From the NCBI GenBank assembly GCA_964016885.1, contig OZ024746.1, forward strand, positions 34,286,001-34,350,000: DNA of 64,000 bases, given 5' to 3'. Numbering within the stretch: the first letter of the stretch is position 1; each line of letters opens with the position of its first letter. Shown in pieces: positions 53,022 through 64,000 of the stretch. The stretch comes from Eledone cirrhosa (lineage: Eukaryota). The notes beneath the pieces are model-generated. The model was given only the letters and a program-made list of their open reading frames with translations. It made no database searches and was not told the origin of the DNA. The position numbers were made by a program, and so were the translations under genes.

Positions 53022-56000
53022 CAAATAACTTAATTGTTTATATATATATATATATATATGGTATGATCATGTAACAGGTTCTATAAATATATTTATTTTC
53101 CTCAATTCAGTAGAGAAATATGATTGAATTAATTTAGTTCAATTTGATTGAATGCCAATTACAATGCCTTATAATACTAGTATTTATGTATGCCGCACGT
53201 GGTTTTATTCATTGGCAATCATATATAATTTCATTTGAAATTGTACTTTTAAATCATGGGGCATCAATTGGTATTATCATTTAATATCTTAGCCTGTTGG
53301 CAAGAAACTCTCAGGCTAGCTGGATTGCAGAACACCTTCAGAGAAGCCACTATCAAGCAGTTGCTTCGGCCCTTAACATATCTAACTTATCATCTGGGAA
53401 TGATAAATCTTGTATTCTTTATTTAATATGTTCGTTTAATTAACTGTAACACAACACCCGATCGCTGGAGTATAGTTGAATGTGTAGCTGTTTAACATTT
53501 GTTTTTTTTCTGCTATAGGAATGTGTAGGCACCGCAGACTAACCTCTGAAAGCATTTCATAGTATCGCTCTGTTTCTTTTTCTTGATTCATTTCATGTTT
53601 TAATACTGAGCTTCCCCAATTGGTGCTAAATTAATTGGTTACAAAAGCAAATGTCATAATAGTCTCAGCTATGAAATAGTTCTTCCCTATTAGTATCATA
53701 TGATTTGTCATTAGTTATTAATACATGTTACACAACACATTGACATCTCTTGATTTAACAAATATTATAAATGCGAAGTACTTTTTAATGATGCGATCAT
53801 GATATATTACGTTATATGCCCATATCTAAGAGACGTACCGAGAAGAATATTCCATCAGTAATCCTCCATATGTATTCCGCATCACTACAAGTTCAGATAT
53901 TCCGATTAAATTTTCAGATATTCATGATTAAAATTATTCCTTAGTGTCTTCGAGGATATTTCAACCAATACTTGTGATTACGGTGATTATATTTTCGAAG
54001 AATTACTTACAACGTTGATGAAATGGTTGGTGTCAAATTAAGAGGCCATAATTGATTACGATACCAAGCTCTTATAGTGCAGCACCATCACCTATATGTA
54101 TTTCGTTGGTGGCTTTTTCGTTTTGGACTAAAATTATTAACTAACTTAAATGTACTGTGATGTTCAGATGTTGGTATAAAAGATGCATATGTATAAAGAA
54201 ATCTCTTTATTTGTATCGAAATTGGCTTGAGTAAACCTGAAACTCGTCTTGATGGATCTTCTCAATGACTTCACCATTATCAACGATGTCCGCTTCAGTA
54301 CAATATCTGAAACATTGGCATGCCTTAATCAGATTATCTCCATCTGTTTGGGACATTGTTATACTTATGGCAGATTGCCCAGATTGTATAGGGATATACG
54401 AGCGATCATTGATTGCCTCTCGATACAGCTCCATACGTAGTGAGTAGTACAGTAGATGCAGGTCTGAAGAGATATGCAGCCATCTGTTTTGGCCGGAAAT
54501 GTCTGGTAGTTTACCACTGCGAAAGTGGTTGTGTGGTGGACACGATTGAAAGGACTGAAGAGAGACACTTTCCTTTGAATTTTTGCTATCGTTTCTTATT
54601 TGATACATTCTACTCTAATCTATTACTTGATAGCACACCATCACATATGTTTTTGACAAATAATCCATTCAACCTTTGCTTAACTAATCTGCTAATCCGA
54701 CCGCTATAGGCTTTAGGACAGTCATATATAGCTATTGAACTGGTTCTTTGGTAGTGTTTTATGTCGGCTATTATGCCTTTCAGTGCAATTTCCACTTCGG
54801 TCTCTCTCTGGCTGGCTGCAGTCATCTCTTCTTTGTAGAAACGGATTTACAATTTAAGATCATTTACCAGTGCAACCAACACTTCTGGTGGATTGACTAT
54901 ATTGGCCCAAACATTTTGTATTTAATTTCATTTGAGCACTTATGCAATCTATATCTCTTTATCTGAAACGTCCATGGAGAAACGTCCGGTTCCTTTTGCA
55001 GCTGTTGCTGTTGCTATTATTGATCATGCTGTTGTTGTCATTTATGTTTGTCGTTCTATTCATGTTGCTGTTTTATTTGCTTGTTTCTATCACATTTTTA
55101 TTTTTTATGCGGTGTTGGTGACATTGGTGTTGTTAATGTTTCCATTAGTGTTGTTACTTTTTGTTGTGTTCATTTTATCAATCTGAACTTTTGTGGTGTT
55201 GGCGGTGGTGAATTTGAGAATTATGTCATGTAATTTTCTCGTGCTAATCTATAGTTCTTTTTGTCGTTTTTGAACGTTGTCTGTTCCATTATCTGGAGAA
55301 CCCACTATTTACTTCAGCGGAGGAAGTTTTGCCCTCTATAATGTCAAATCGTTTTGTAAATTGAAGGTCACTTTTTTTAAGAAAACCACTTAAGATATAC
55401 GAGAACTATACACCTCCAAAACAAGATGGTTGGTTTAGATAAAAAAAAAACATGTTAACAAACAGTGAAATTACAGCATCATGTGTAACACGTCTCGAGA
55501 GACTAAAATAATGATGGCAATATTAATTATTATTATCATTATTAGAGAAATAGAAATAAGAAATAACAGTGTTAATGGTCTATATTTTCAGTTTACATTA
55601 ATTGTTTTAAAATTGGATAGGATTTTTTTATGGAAACTCTATGTTAGCACTTAATTTCAACTAAATCTATGTTGGAACTTCTCGTTATCTATTGCTACAG
55701 ATAATTCTATATTGCAATCCTGAAATTATAAAGGTGTCTTGTAACGGTAATTGTCACTTAGATATTAAATGTGTTTAATTTTTATTTGTTGGTTTTCTGT
55801 TGATATTTCAAATGTCCAAACTGTAATTATAAGTCAAGATCTACAATTCATGTAAACGACCGTAGCCTATCATAATAATTGTCTCTATTCGACTGATAAA
55901 AAATGTTTGTTTTTGTTTAAATGGCAAGAGAGACAATCGTATGGACAAAAAGGTAATTAAATTCATAATGTGTGTAGATATAGGAACTAAATTTCCTCTT

Positions 56001-56354
56001 TCTTCGATCTAACTCACTTAAGGTTGGCAATCTATCTTTACGTTATTATTAACATCGCCCATCATAAACATCGCTTGAATTGAATGGATTCCGTTTCACA
56101 TTGTGAATAATGTGAGAAAATAAATATCATACATTATTGACTAAATGGAGAGACAAATTGAGATAGTATAATAGATATTAACACTTGGATTTTCCCACTA
56201 TGTTTTCAATTTATGTTCAGGGTTTCATGTTTATTCCAATAATATAATTATCAGATATTCTTTCTGTTACATAGAAAAAGCGCACACACCTGCACACACA
56301 TAATAAATTAGGTATGTGTTAGCCGGAATAGGTTGAAGAGTAAAGGAATAATAT

Positions 56355-56424
<70 letters not shown>

Positions 56425-56428
<4 letters not shown>

Positions 56429-56504
56429 ACGGCCATATCACGCTGAAAATACTGGTTCTCGTCCGATCATAGAAGTTAAGCAACGTCGAGCCTAGTTAGT
56501 ACTT
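56425..56504 (+). pseudogene. 3'-truncated 5S rRNA pseudogene (first ~80 nt)
   Basis: GTTTACGGCCATATCACGCTGAAAATACTGGTTCTCGTCCGATCATAGAAGTTAAGCAACGTCGAGCCTAGTTAGTACTT, then (TA)n. Confidence 0.9.
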
Positions 56505-56519
56505 ATATATATATATATA

Positions 56520-56808
56520 TATAAGGAAAAAAGATGAAATCAAAATGCAACTGGTGTCTTTTCTTTTTAAATATATATATTTATTTGTTTCCTTTACCGG
56601 TTCGCAGTTCTTCTGCTTTTCAAAAGTAGAATTGAGATGGAGGGTTTGTGGTTTTTCACACATCTGTGAGAAAAACCACAAACCCTCCATCTCTATTCTA
56701 CTTTTGTAAAGCAGAAGAACTGCGAAACCGGTAAAGGAACCAAATAAATATATATATTTAAAAAAACAGACTCCAGTTGCATTTTAGATTTCATCTTTTT
56801 TCCTTATA
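56520..56808. repeat. Near-perfect palindrome, ~140 bp arms
   Basis: Centre GAGATGGAGGGTTTGTGGTTTTTCACA-CATC-TGTGAGAAAAACCACAAACCCTCCATCTC. Arms extend to TAAGGAAAAAAGATGAAATC / GATTTCATCTTTTTTCCTTA. Confidence 0.93.
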
Positions 56809-56902
56809 CTTTCACTCGTGTTGGACACCTCGGTTATTTTTCATTTTGAAAAAAACAACTCACTTTCTAATAAATAATATATATAAATGTATGTGTGTGT
56901 GC

Positions 56903-56942
<40 letters not shown>

Positions 56943-59479
56943 GTATGTGTGCGTGCGTGAATATATACATATATATATAGACATACAGAAAGAGAGAGAG
57001 AGAGTGAGAGGGGGAGGGGGAGAGTAAGATAGACGGTCCCATATTTAGGATGCGGATGTAGATCTAGTGGGCATAATTTGATCACAGGATAAATGTGTGT
57101 CTTTTTCAACGATTCAATTTAATAACTCCTGTATTCACAGGAATTCATAAAGCACTCTCCCATCTGATCATAGGTGATGTTTTTTTTGTTTTTATTTTCA
57201 TTAACGATACCTTGTAATTTTCTTCTTCTCATCATTTTTTCGGTATTCAAACCGTATGCATAAGTCCGAAACATTTAATTTTTGATATATCTAATTTTTG
57301 GAGAGTTTGTGTAAATTTTAATCATTTACTTAAAATACTTATTTGTGTGTTTGTTAACGATTTTCTGTTAGCATGATTATTTCTTTCATTTCTCGTTTAC
57401 TGTAATCTATAAGGTGCCCCCGATCCCCAGGTTTCTGGGTAAAATACGATTATTAAAATGTTCCTATTGTTAATATTATTTATGCTGTAAATTTTATCAT
57501 TATTGTGTATTTTGGTATTGTCTATACCGACATGTTTACCGCACATATCCTTACGTGGGAACTGGTACAGTTTAATATTATTTCTGTATGCTCGAAAATA
57601 GATCAGGCAGTTACGTATCTTGTTACAACGAGATTTATATATCCTATGCAAAGGCGCAAGGATAAAAATATAGATTAAGGAGTACACAGATATATCTGGA
57701 TGCATCGATCTTCTCTACTTTATAATCATTGAGAAGGGATATATGAGCACTAAATTCTTCATATTGGTGACTGCAAGGCTCTATATAATAGTAATCTCTA
57801 GCAATGTGTGATGTTTCTAAACGTGTTTGTTATACTTTCTATTTGAATTGCACCGGCGTTCCTAACACACTTTTATTTATTACATATCACAAAATGCATC
57901 ATGTAACCTATAAAAAGCAGCAGTTTTATTTGAAAGCAAATATTTGTATGTGGAAGAACCAAAACGTATACCGGATTGAACATTATATCATATAGTATGT
58001 AATACATGCTTACACCTAAGATAATAATCATTCCAATTGAACAAAAAAATATATAATATGAAAAAATATGTTTTTGAACTGCATTTTAGACAATTAACCA
58101 GTAATAGGTTTTCAAAATGTAAGTAGAAATTGTGTCATATTACAGAAAAATGACTGAAGCATGTCAGACAAAATAGTATGTTATATTATTCCGAACAAAT
58201 AAGCATGAGGATTTTATTTTTAATTATCCAATGAGGGTGATTTTAAAGGTGAAAACAAAATTATTGCATGGAACGCTACGACCGCAAACACTTTCAACAA
58301 GTGTTCTAGAATAAGGCATTGCATATCACTAAACGAGAAATGAATACCCTTCTTAGGTCAAGGTTAACCGGGCACAAGAAATACGCCGTTTCGAATGTGA
58401 AGTCTAGTAGTCTAAGTCGCATATCATTAATAAGCGCGCGCGCACACACACACATATATGCATACAAATGAGTGAATATATATATAGAACGTTATATATA
58501 TTAAATATATATCAAATATGTTAAGGGTAAAGAAAATAACTGAATGTTTATTGAATACAAATTATAACCAGCGATCTCGTTGGAAATGAAACTGTTATTT
58601 TATTTAGAAAACATTGCTTTATATGCAAAATTGGTAAGCAAGGAAACAAGTTGAAAATGAAACAAAACAAAGAGCAAGGAAAAGTAATCGTTGAAAATAG
58701 ATCTATCGAAATACGAAGAAACGGAAATGAAAAGGAGAAAAATAGATTTCTCTGAAAGAAATATATTGACAAATAAATACAGCAATAGCTAAGTAAAATC
58801 TAAAAGAAGAACATAAGTTATTTGAATCGAAATGTAAACTCTACAGTAATCAATAGAAAATTATATATATCACATCGCAAGTCACGATTGTTTGATGTCT
58901 TTGTTGAAAATAGTGAAATAAAACGAAGACAAATAACAAAACAAATTTGACTGAAATTAAAGCTCTTAAATAAAATACTTGTGCTATTATACCTAGTGAT
59001 ATCTCAAGATATCTAGTGCCATATAACAGTAGTATACATTCCGTTAACTGTTATGAAATCATTGTATTAAATACTTAATTAGTTTGTCATATTTTGTATA
59101 AGTCGACAATTAAGTGTTGCATCGCACGGTAACATACACACATATATAGACGTAAACATATCGGCATGTGTATATACACTCAGCAGAGCTATTTTGCTAG
59201 AGAACGGGTCGCAGGTGGTTGGTGATGGATAGTGATACCGCCACCAGATATGATGGTTACTTGCGATATATGGCGGCAACTGCCGGACGAATAAGCAACC
59301 CCAGGACCAACAATGGTAAACTACTAGGAACATGAAGCAAATGGTAATTCTCCAGAAAATTAGCAAAATCTAGTTGCGTATGATAAAGCAAATATAGGCC
59401 GCTTCTAAGTCTTCCCCGGTTTGCGAAAATACTAGATTGATGAGTGGCGTGAACAAGATAAACGAAACTGCTCCTACAT

Positions 59480-59830
59480 TAGGGTGATAGGAACAAAAAT
59501 GAACGATCTCACATCGTCCTTCCTGCGGATCAACAAGGGTCGTGTTCAGGGCTTAGGAATAAGAGCCTGTACAGAGAGTTTATTGCATACTCCATTTCAT
59601 GCCGCATCATCTGACGATGGCCCTGCGTTCTGACCTGGGAGGCGTGGGATGGACGAACAAAGATTGCGAACCCCGAGAACACAGCGAGAGTCTGAAAGGG
59701 AACAGACCATAAAAATTAGAACTTGTAACATCACAACTCTTACAGGTAAGGAGCAGGAAATTGTGGAGGAATTTCGGTGCTACTAGCTGGACATAATCGG
59801 GTCTTTCACAGCAAAGTTGCATCGGTCTTT
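59480..59830 (+). mobile_element. RTE-like LINE 5' end / APE start
   Basis: KIRTCNITTLTGKEQEIVEEFRCY*LDIIG, homologous to 48120-48220. Confidence 0.7.
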
Positions 59831-62800
59831 ACCCAAGGTTTATAGAAGAGATGTTAGTAATACCGAATTGAAATTAATGCGTTTGTCTTTTACACCTTCC
59901 TCACTTCTTCTGGTGACCGAATGATGTTGTTGGCACATTTCTTCACCAGCTCCTGAAATTCCTGCCTTTTAGAACTCGTGAGAGTGGACAACATGACTTC
60001 TTGGTAAATGTCGACAATCACAATGTATGTTTTCGACTTTTATGCGGACACAAATAATAAGGCATTCGCATAGAGACATCAGCGCAACATGTCGTTGTCC
60101 AGCTACTACATAGTTATGCAGAACATTCCCCAACTTTCTCCCTGCAAGGCAGACGTTAGCCATTTCGATGTCTACGAAGCAAGAATAAATCTAGTGTCGA
60201 TACTTCTACGATTTTTCAAAGACCAGCCACAGCATAAATATTTAATTTGCTCGTTCATTAAAGTATATGAGGGTTTTATATTCTAGTCCCACTTCCAATC
60301 AATTATTTGTTTCTATAATGTGCTTTCTATAGTATGATTATATAGTACTCTCATTTATCCAAACATGTGTCTACCTATATATGCAAACTGTATGGTTTAG
60401 TAGGTAAACTATATGGCACAAACATGGTCCTAGAGCGTATGCAACATTTTGTGTCGAATCGTATCCCCAATTCAGATCCTCGAAAATGGAATTAAAGCTA
60501 CACTGATACCCCATAAAACATTGATTGAATATTTACATATGAAATGCCATGTTTCATCACACCTGTGCTGAAATTTCAGAATAGATGCAGCTACAGAATT
60601 AAAGCAATAATTACCTTTAAACCACTTGATGTTTCCAAAACAATTTGCCCGGAAAGGAAATCGGTGCTAAACCCTCATTAGCATTAAAAGGTGAATTAGC
60701 TGAATCTTTATCATGGAGTTCGAAAAGCTTAGCTGTGTGTTTCCCTTGCTCTATAAATAAGAACCCATGCTGTTGCATTTTATAATATCTATTTCGCCAA
60801 TATTAATATTCCAGGGAAGGTTATTATATCGGTTTCACAATATTTGTCAAAATTCCTCTATGGGCTTCTTTGCTATTTCATAAATTATATTAACAGAAAA
60901 AATGCCACCGTGGAGATAGCTACTTCGGACACGTCCTCAGTATAGTTATTAGAATAGGTAGAGTGTTGTGATGCTTAACCATTTCAAAAAGATTGTAAGA
61001 ACACACTAGATAATATAGTCCGATAAATACATTGTCTAACATATTAGAGCATCTATACAGTTGAAATCTCATATTCAACCATTTACTTTGATCAAGGTTG
61101 ACAACTAAGTATGCATATTCTTAATATAATAAGTAATTACCCTAGAACATTTCACTTCAAATATATATATTTCCGTCAAATTTAAATTTTTATGCACTTG
61201 GCTGAGATGAAATGATTGTTTCTCCAATTATGCTACAGAGTTTTCAAATATTTTCCTTTTTTTGTAATAATTGCTTTTTGTCAATATATCAATGGAGTTT
61301 CTCTAGCAAGTACTAGTAAACTTATTGTATGAGATGGAATTAAAAAACATTTTTCAGAGAGTAGAACATATACAACAAATTGCAGTCATGTCTGCTGCTT
61401 TATATCTGGTCATTTATTTATTATGAAACGTTCTATAGTTTCTCTAGTTTAATACTTTTCTTGGCTCTGTTTATATCATCACGTATGCTACAATAAGCTA
61501 GGAAATACATGATAATAGATTATACTAAATTAAATTCCAGAGAATGCATTTTTAATGAATTCTTGTAGTCAAAGTATATTATTTCTTATTACTACAAATG
61601 TTCAAATATATAAATACCAATCACTAATTTGCAATAAGAAAAAGTATGCTTCCAACCAGACGATGGATACTTTTAAAGCAAAGGATTAAATATTTTGTTC
61701 CAAATTATAATGTAGTTGTTCTTCACACAAATAATCATAACTGTATATTCAACTCAATATTAATGAAATAAATATAATCCAAACAAAATTCTTTCTAGAC
61801 TAGGAGGACTATAATGATGTGGTGGTGGAGTAGAATGAGAAAGAGAATGGAACTACGGACTAGTGAGCATAAAGTCTGACACAATGTAATTGTCCGTGGC
61901 CTTGGGTGTTTTCGGTGCACAGAACTGATATATTTTGGTATAATTTTATATAGAAACCGAGGAGTTGTGTATTTAGCTCTACACCTGCTAGAGGCACTAA
62001 TCTAATATGTATTATCTTTGTTGACATCTATAGTATACATATTTACAAAGTAGTGGTTTAGTAATATATAATAATGTTCATAATTCTTAAAATTAAACGT
62101 ATATAACAATATCCTATATACTGATTCAGCAATATTCTCTCGATCTTTCTTTAAACACAACGAGTGCTACAAATGAATGCAGGCTCCAATCCAAAATCAA
62201 CATATCACATTTCATCCAAATTGGCCTTGAAAATGTATGTTATCAGATATGAAATTGGATCTAAACTAAATTTTATGCAGAAACGTAACGCATCCAGATA
62301 TGTTACGACCAGCATGTATGACATGTCATACAGCTATGCATGTGATTAATAATATAACAGAAACGATATCTCATATCATTGATGTCTACCAAATGAAACA
62401 AATATCTCAAAGAGAGGTAATTCATTCTAAATAGTAACGGATGATATCGATCAATTGGAAGGAAAGTCGACGTCAACAATGAAATCCCGAAATGACAAAA
62501 CATATCACCAATAGCACAAATCATTAAAAAGACAAAACATTATTTGAATATCATAAAGATTATATAGATTAACATTCTATATATCGTATTAAAAGTAATT
62601 AAAACGTGTTGCATTGGTAATGACTCATATTATTTTAAATTACTCGAACAAAAATTAAAATTTATTATCAAATTTAAGAATTGGAAATTTATAATGTAGA
62701 CACATCAACATTTATCCATTTTTAGAGCATAGTCGATTCTTGTAGACGCATCTATATTATGTATGATAGTAAAATCAAACTAGTGTTTAATTATATTCCC

Positions 62801-63662
62801 TCAAATATGATCAGCCCGATTGGGATTAATTTTTACATATTTCAATAAATGATTTACAACCAATTTAAATACTCATATCCTTGTCACAAATAGTAATCAT
62901 AAATAGTCGGTGACTGATTTCTCATAAAACGCGAAGCTTCTAAATATATATATGTGTGTAAGTGTGTGTGTGTATGTGCATGTGCGTGCGGGTCTGAGCG
63001 TGTGCGTGTGTGTATGTGAGTTTGAGTACCTTTGTATATGTATTTCTGTATATAAGTGCATTTGTTTGTGGTTGCCAACTCCGATTTAAGGACTATCATA
63101 TTCGTTACATATTTCTAATCAATTACACATTTCTAATCAATTATCTTGTTGTTAACTGCGATGCCTTGATATTGTCTTAACTGTTTTCGTGAGTTAAAGC
63201 TACAGCGCTGATACGGACTACATCCTTGGGCATTCAATTAATCCAGTTTGATGGAATTGCATAGGTGGGAAAATTATATGATGTGCTCCTAATATACCTT
63301 TTTCCAATAGTTGACAAGACCGGCTTTTGAAAATATGCTTCATTTAATACTGGTGAACAGTTTGTGGGTTTTTGTACCACAAAGAGGATGAACAACTTTT
63401 AGGTTTTGGGGAGTTTGTCTCATCATCGTTTCAGAAATTATAATTCTTATTTGCTAAAAAAAAATATATATATATATATATAAAAGAAAATATCGCTCTA
63501 CATGGCTGAATACAATAAATGTAATCTGAGTTTTTCGAGTATTAATAATAACATTCGATTTGTTTGCAATTATGCAAAGAAGCCAAAATTGTATACCCAT
63601 GTCAGTAGAATGAGCACTTCGTTCTTGCTCTTGTGTTGGCATGCGAACACAATGATAAAATA

Positions 63663-63855
63663 GGGCGGTAAATTGGCAGTATCGGTAGAGGGTTGGACGC
63701 CATGCTTTGACGCATAGAGTTACGGCCCTTGCCATTCTGAGTTCAAATCCCGCCGAGGTTAACTTTGCCTTTCATCCTTATGGGGTCGATAAAATAAAGT
63801 ACCAGAAATACACTGGGTAATTGCTGGCATTGGGCCAAAAGTAGAAACAATTATT
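63663..63855 (+). mobile_element. tRNA-derived SINE
   Basis: Same family. Confidence 0.88.
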
Positions 63856-64000
63856 AATATTGGAAAAAATCAGATTACATCATATATATATATATATATA
63901 TATATATTGTTATGCTTTGGGAGGGTCATGTTGCCAATAAAAAACACGCACCAGTGCTTTCACTCCAATATATTATAAATTAAATTTATAAATTTAAGAA

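Noticed and set aside
56700-56816. Possible hammerhead (CAGAAGA-ACUG..CGGU-AAAG) in the palindrome arm
   Set aside because: It lacks GAAA and I cannot place a clean cleavage triplet.

Overview
This is AT-rich, microsatellite-dense eukaryotic DNA. The (TA)n/(CA)n load and Nin-domain tRNA SINEs suggest an octopus-like cephalopod (inference). I cannot support any host protein-coding gene; almost all listed ORFs are microsatellite artefacts. The window is dominated by Penelope-like retroelements (PLEs). These include a nearly intact RT + GIY-YIG element (16097-21310) with ~1.4 kb inverted arms, two decayed relatives, and several ORF-less fold-back derivatives, mostly sitting in (TA)n tracts. By eye I find about 19 type I hammerhead ribozyme (HHR) motifs, some degenerate. 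The most striking object is a near-perfect 6 x 310 bp tandem array (39823-41711) in which each unit carries a minimal type I HHR inside a 16-bp extended stem. This is the architecture of a circRNA-producing non-LTR retrozyme. A second family carries an HHR-shaped motif with a non-canonical CAGAAGA core. The window also holds decayed R4/Dong-, CRE- and RTE-like LINEs, an Hsmar2-like mariner end, a hAT-like transposase relic, many SINEs and a truncated 5S rRNA copy. All structures were read by eye; none was computed or searched.
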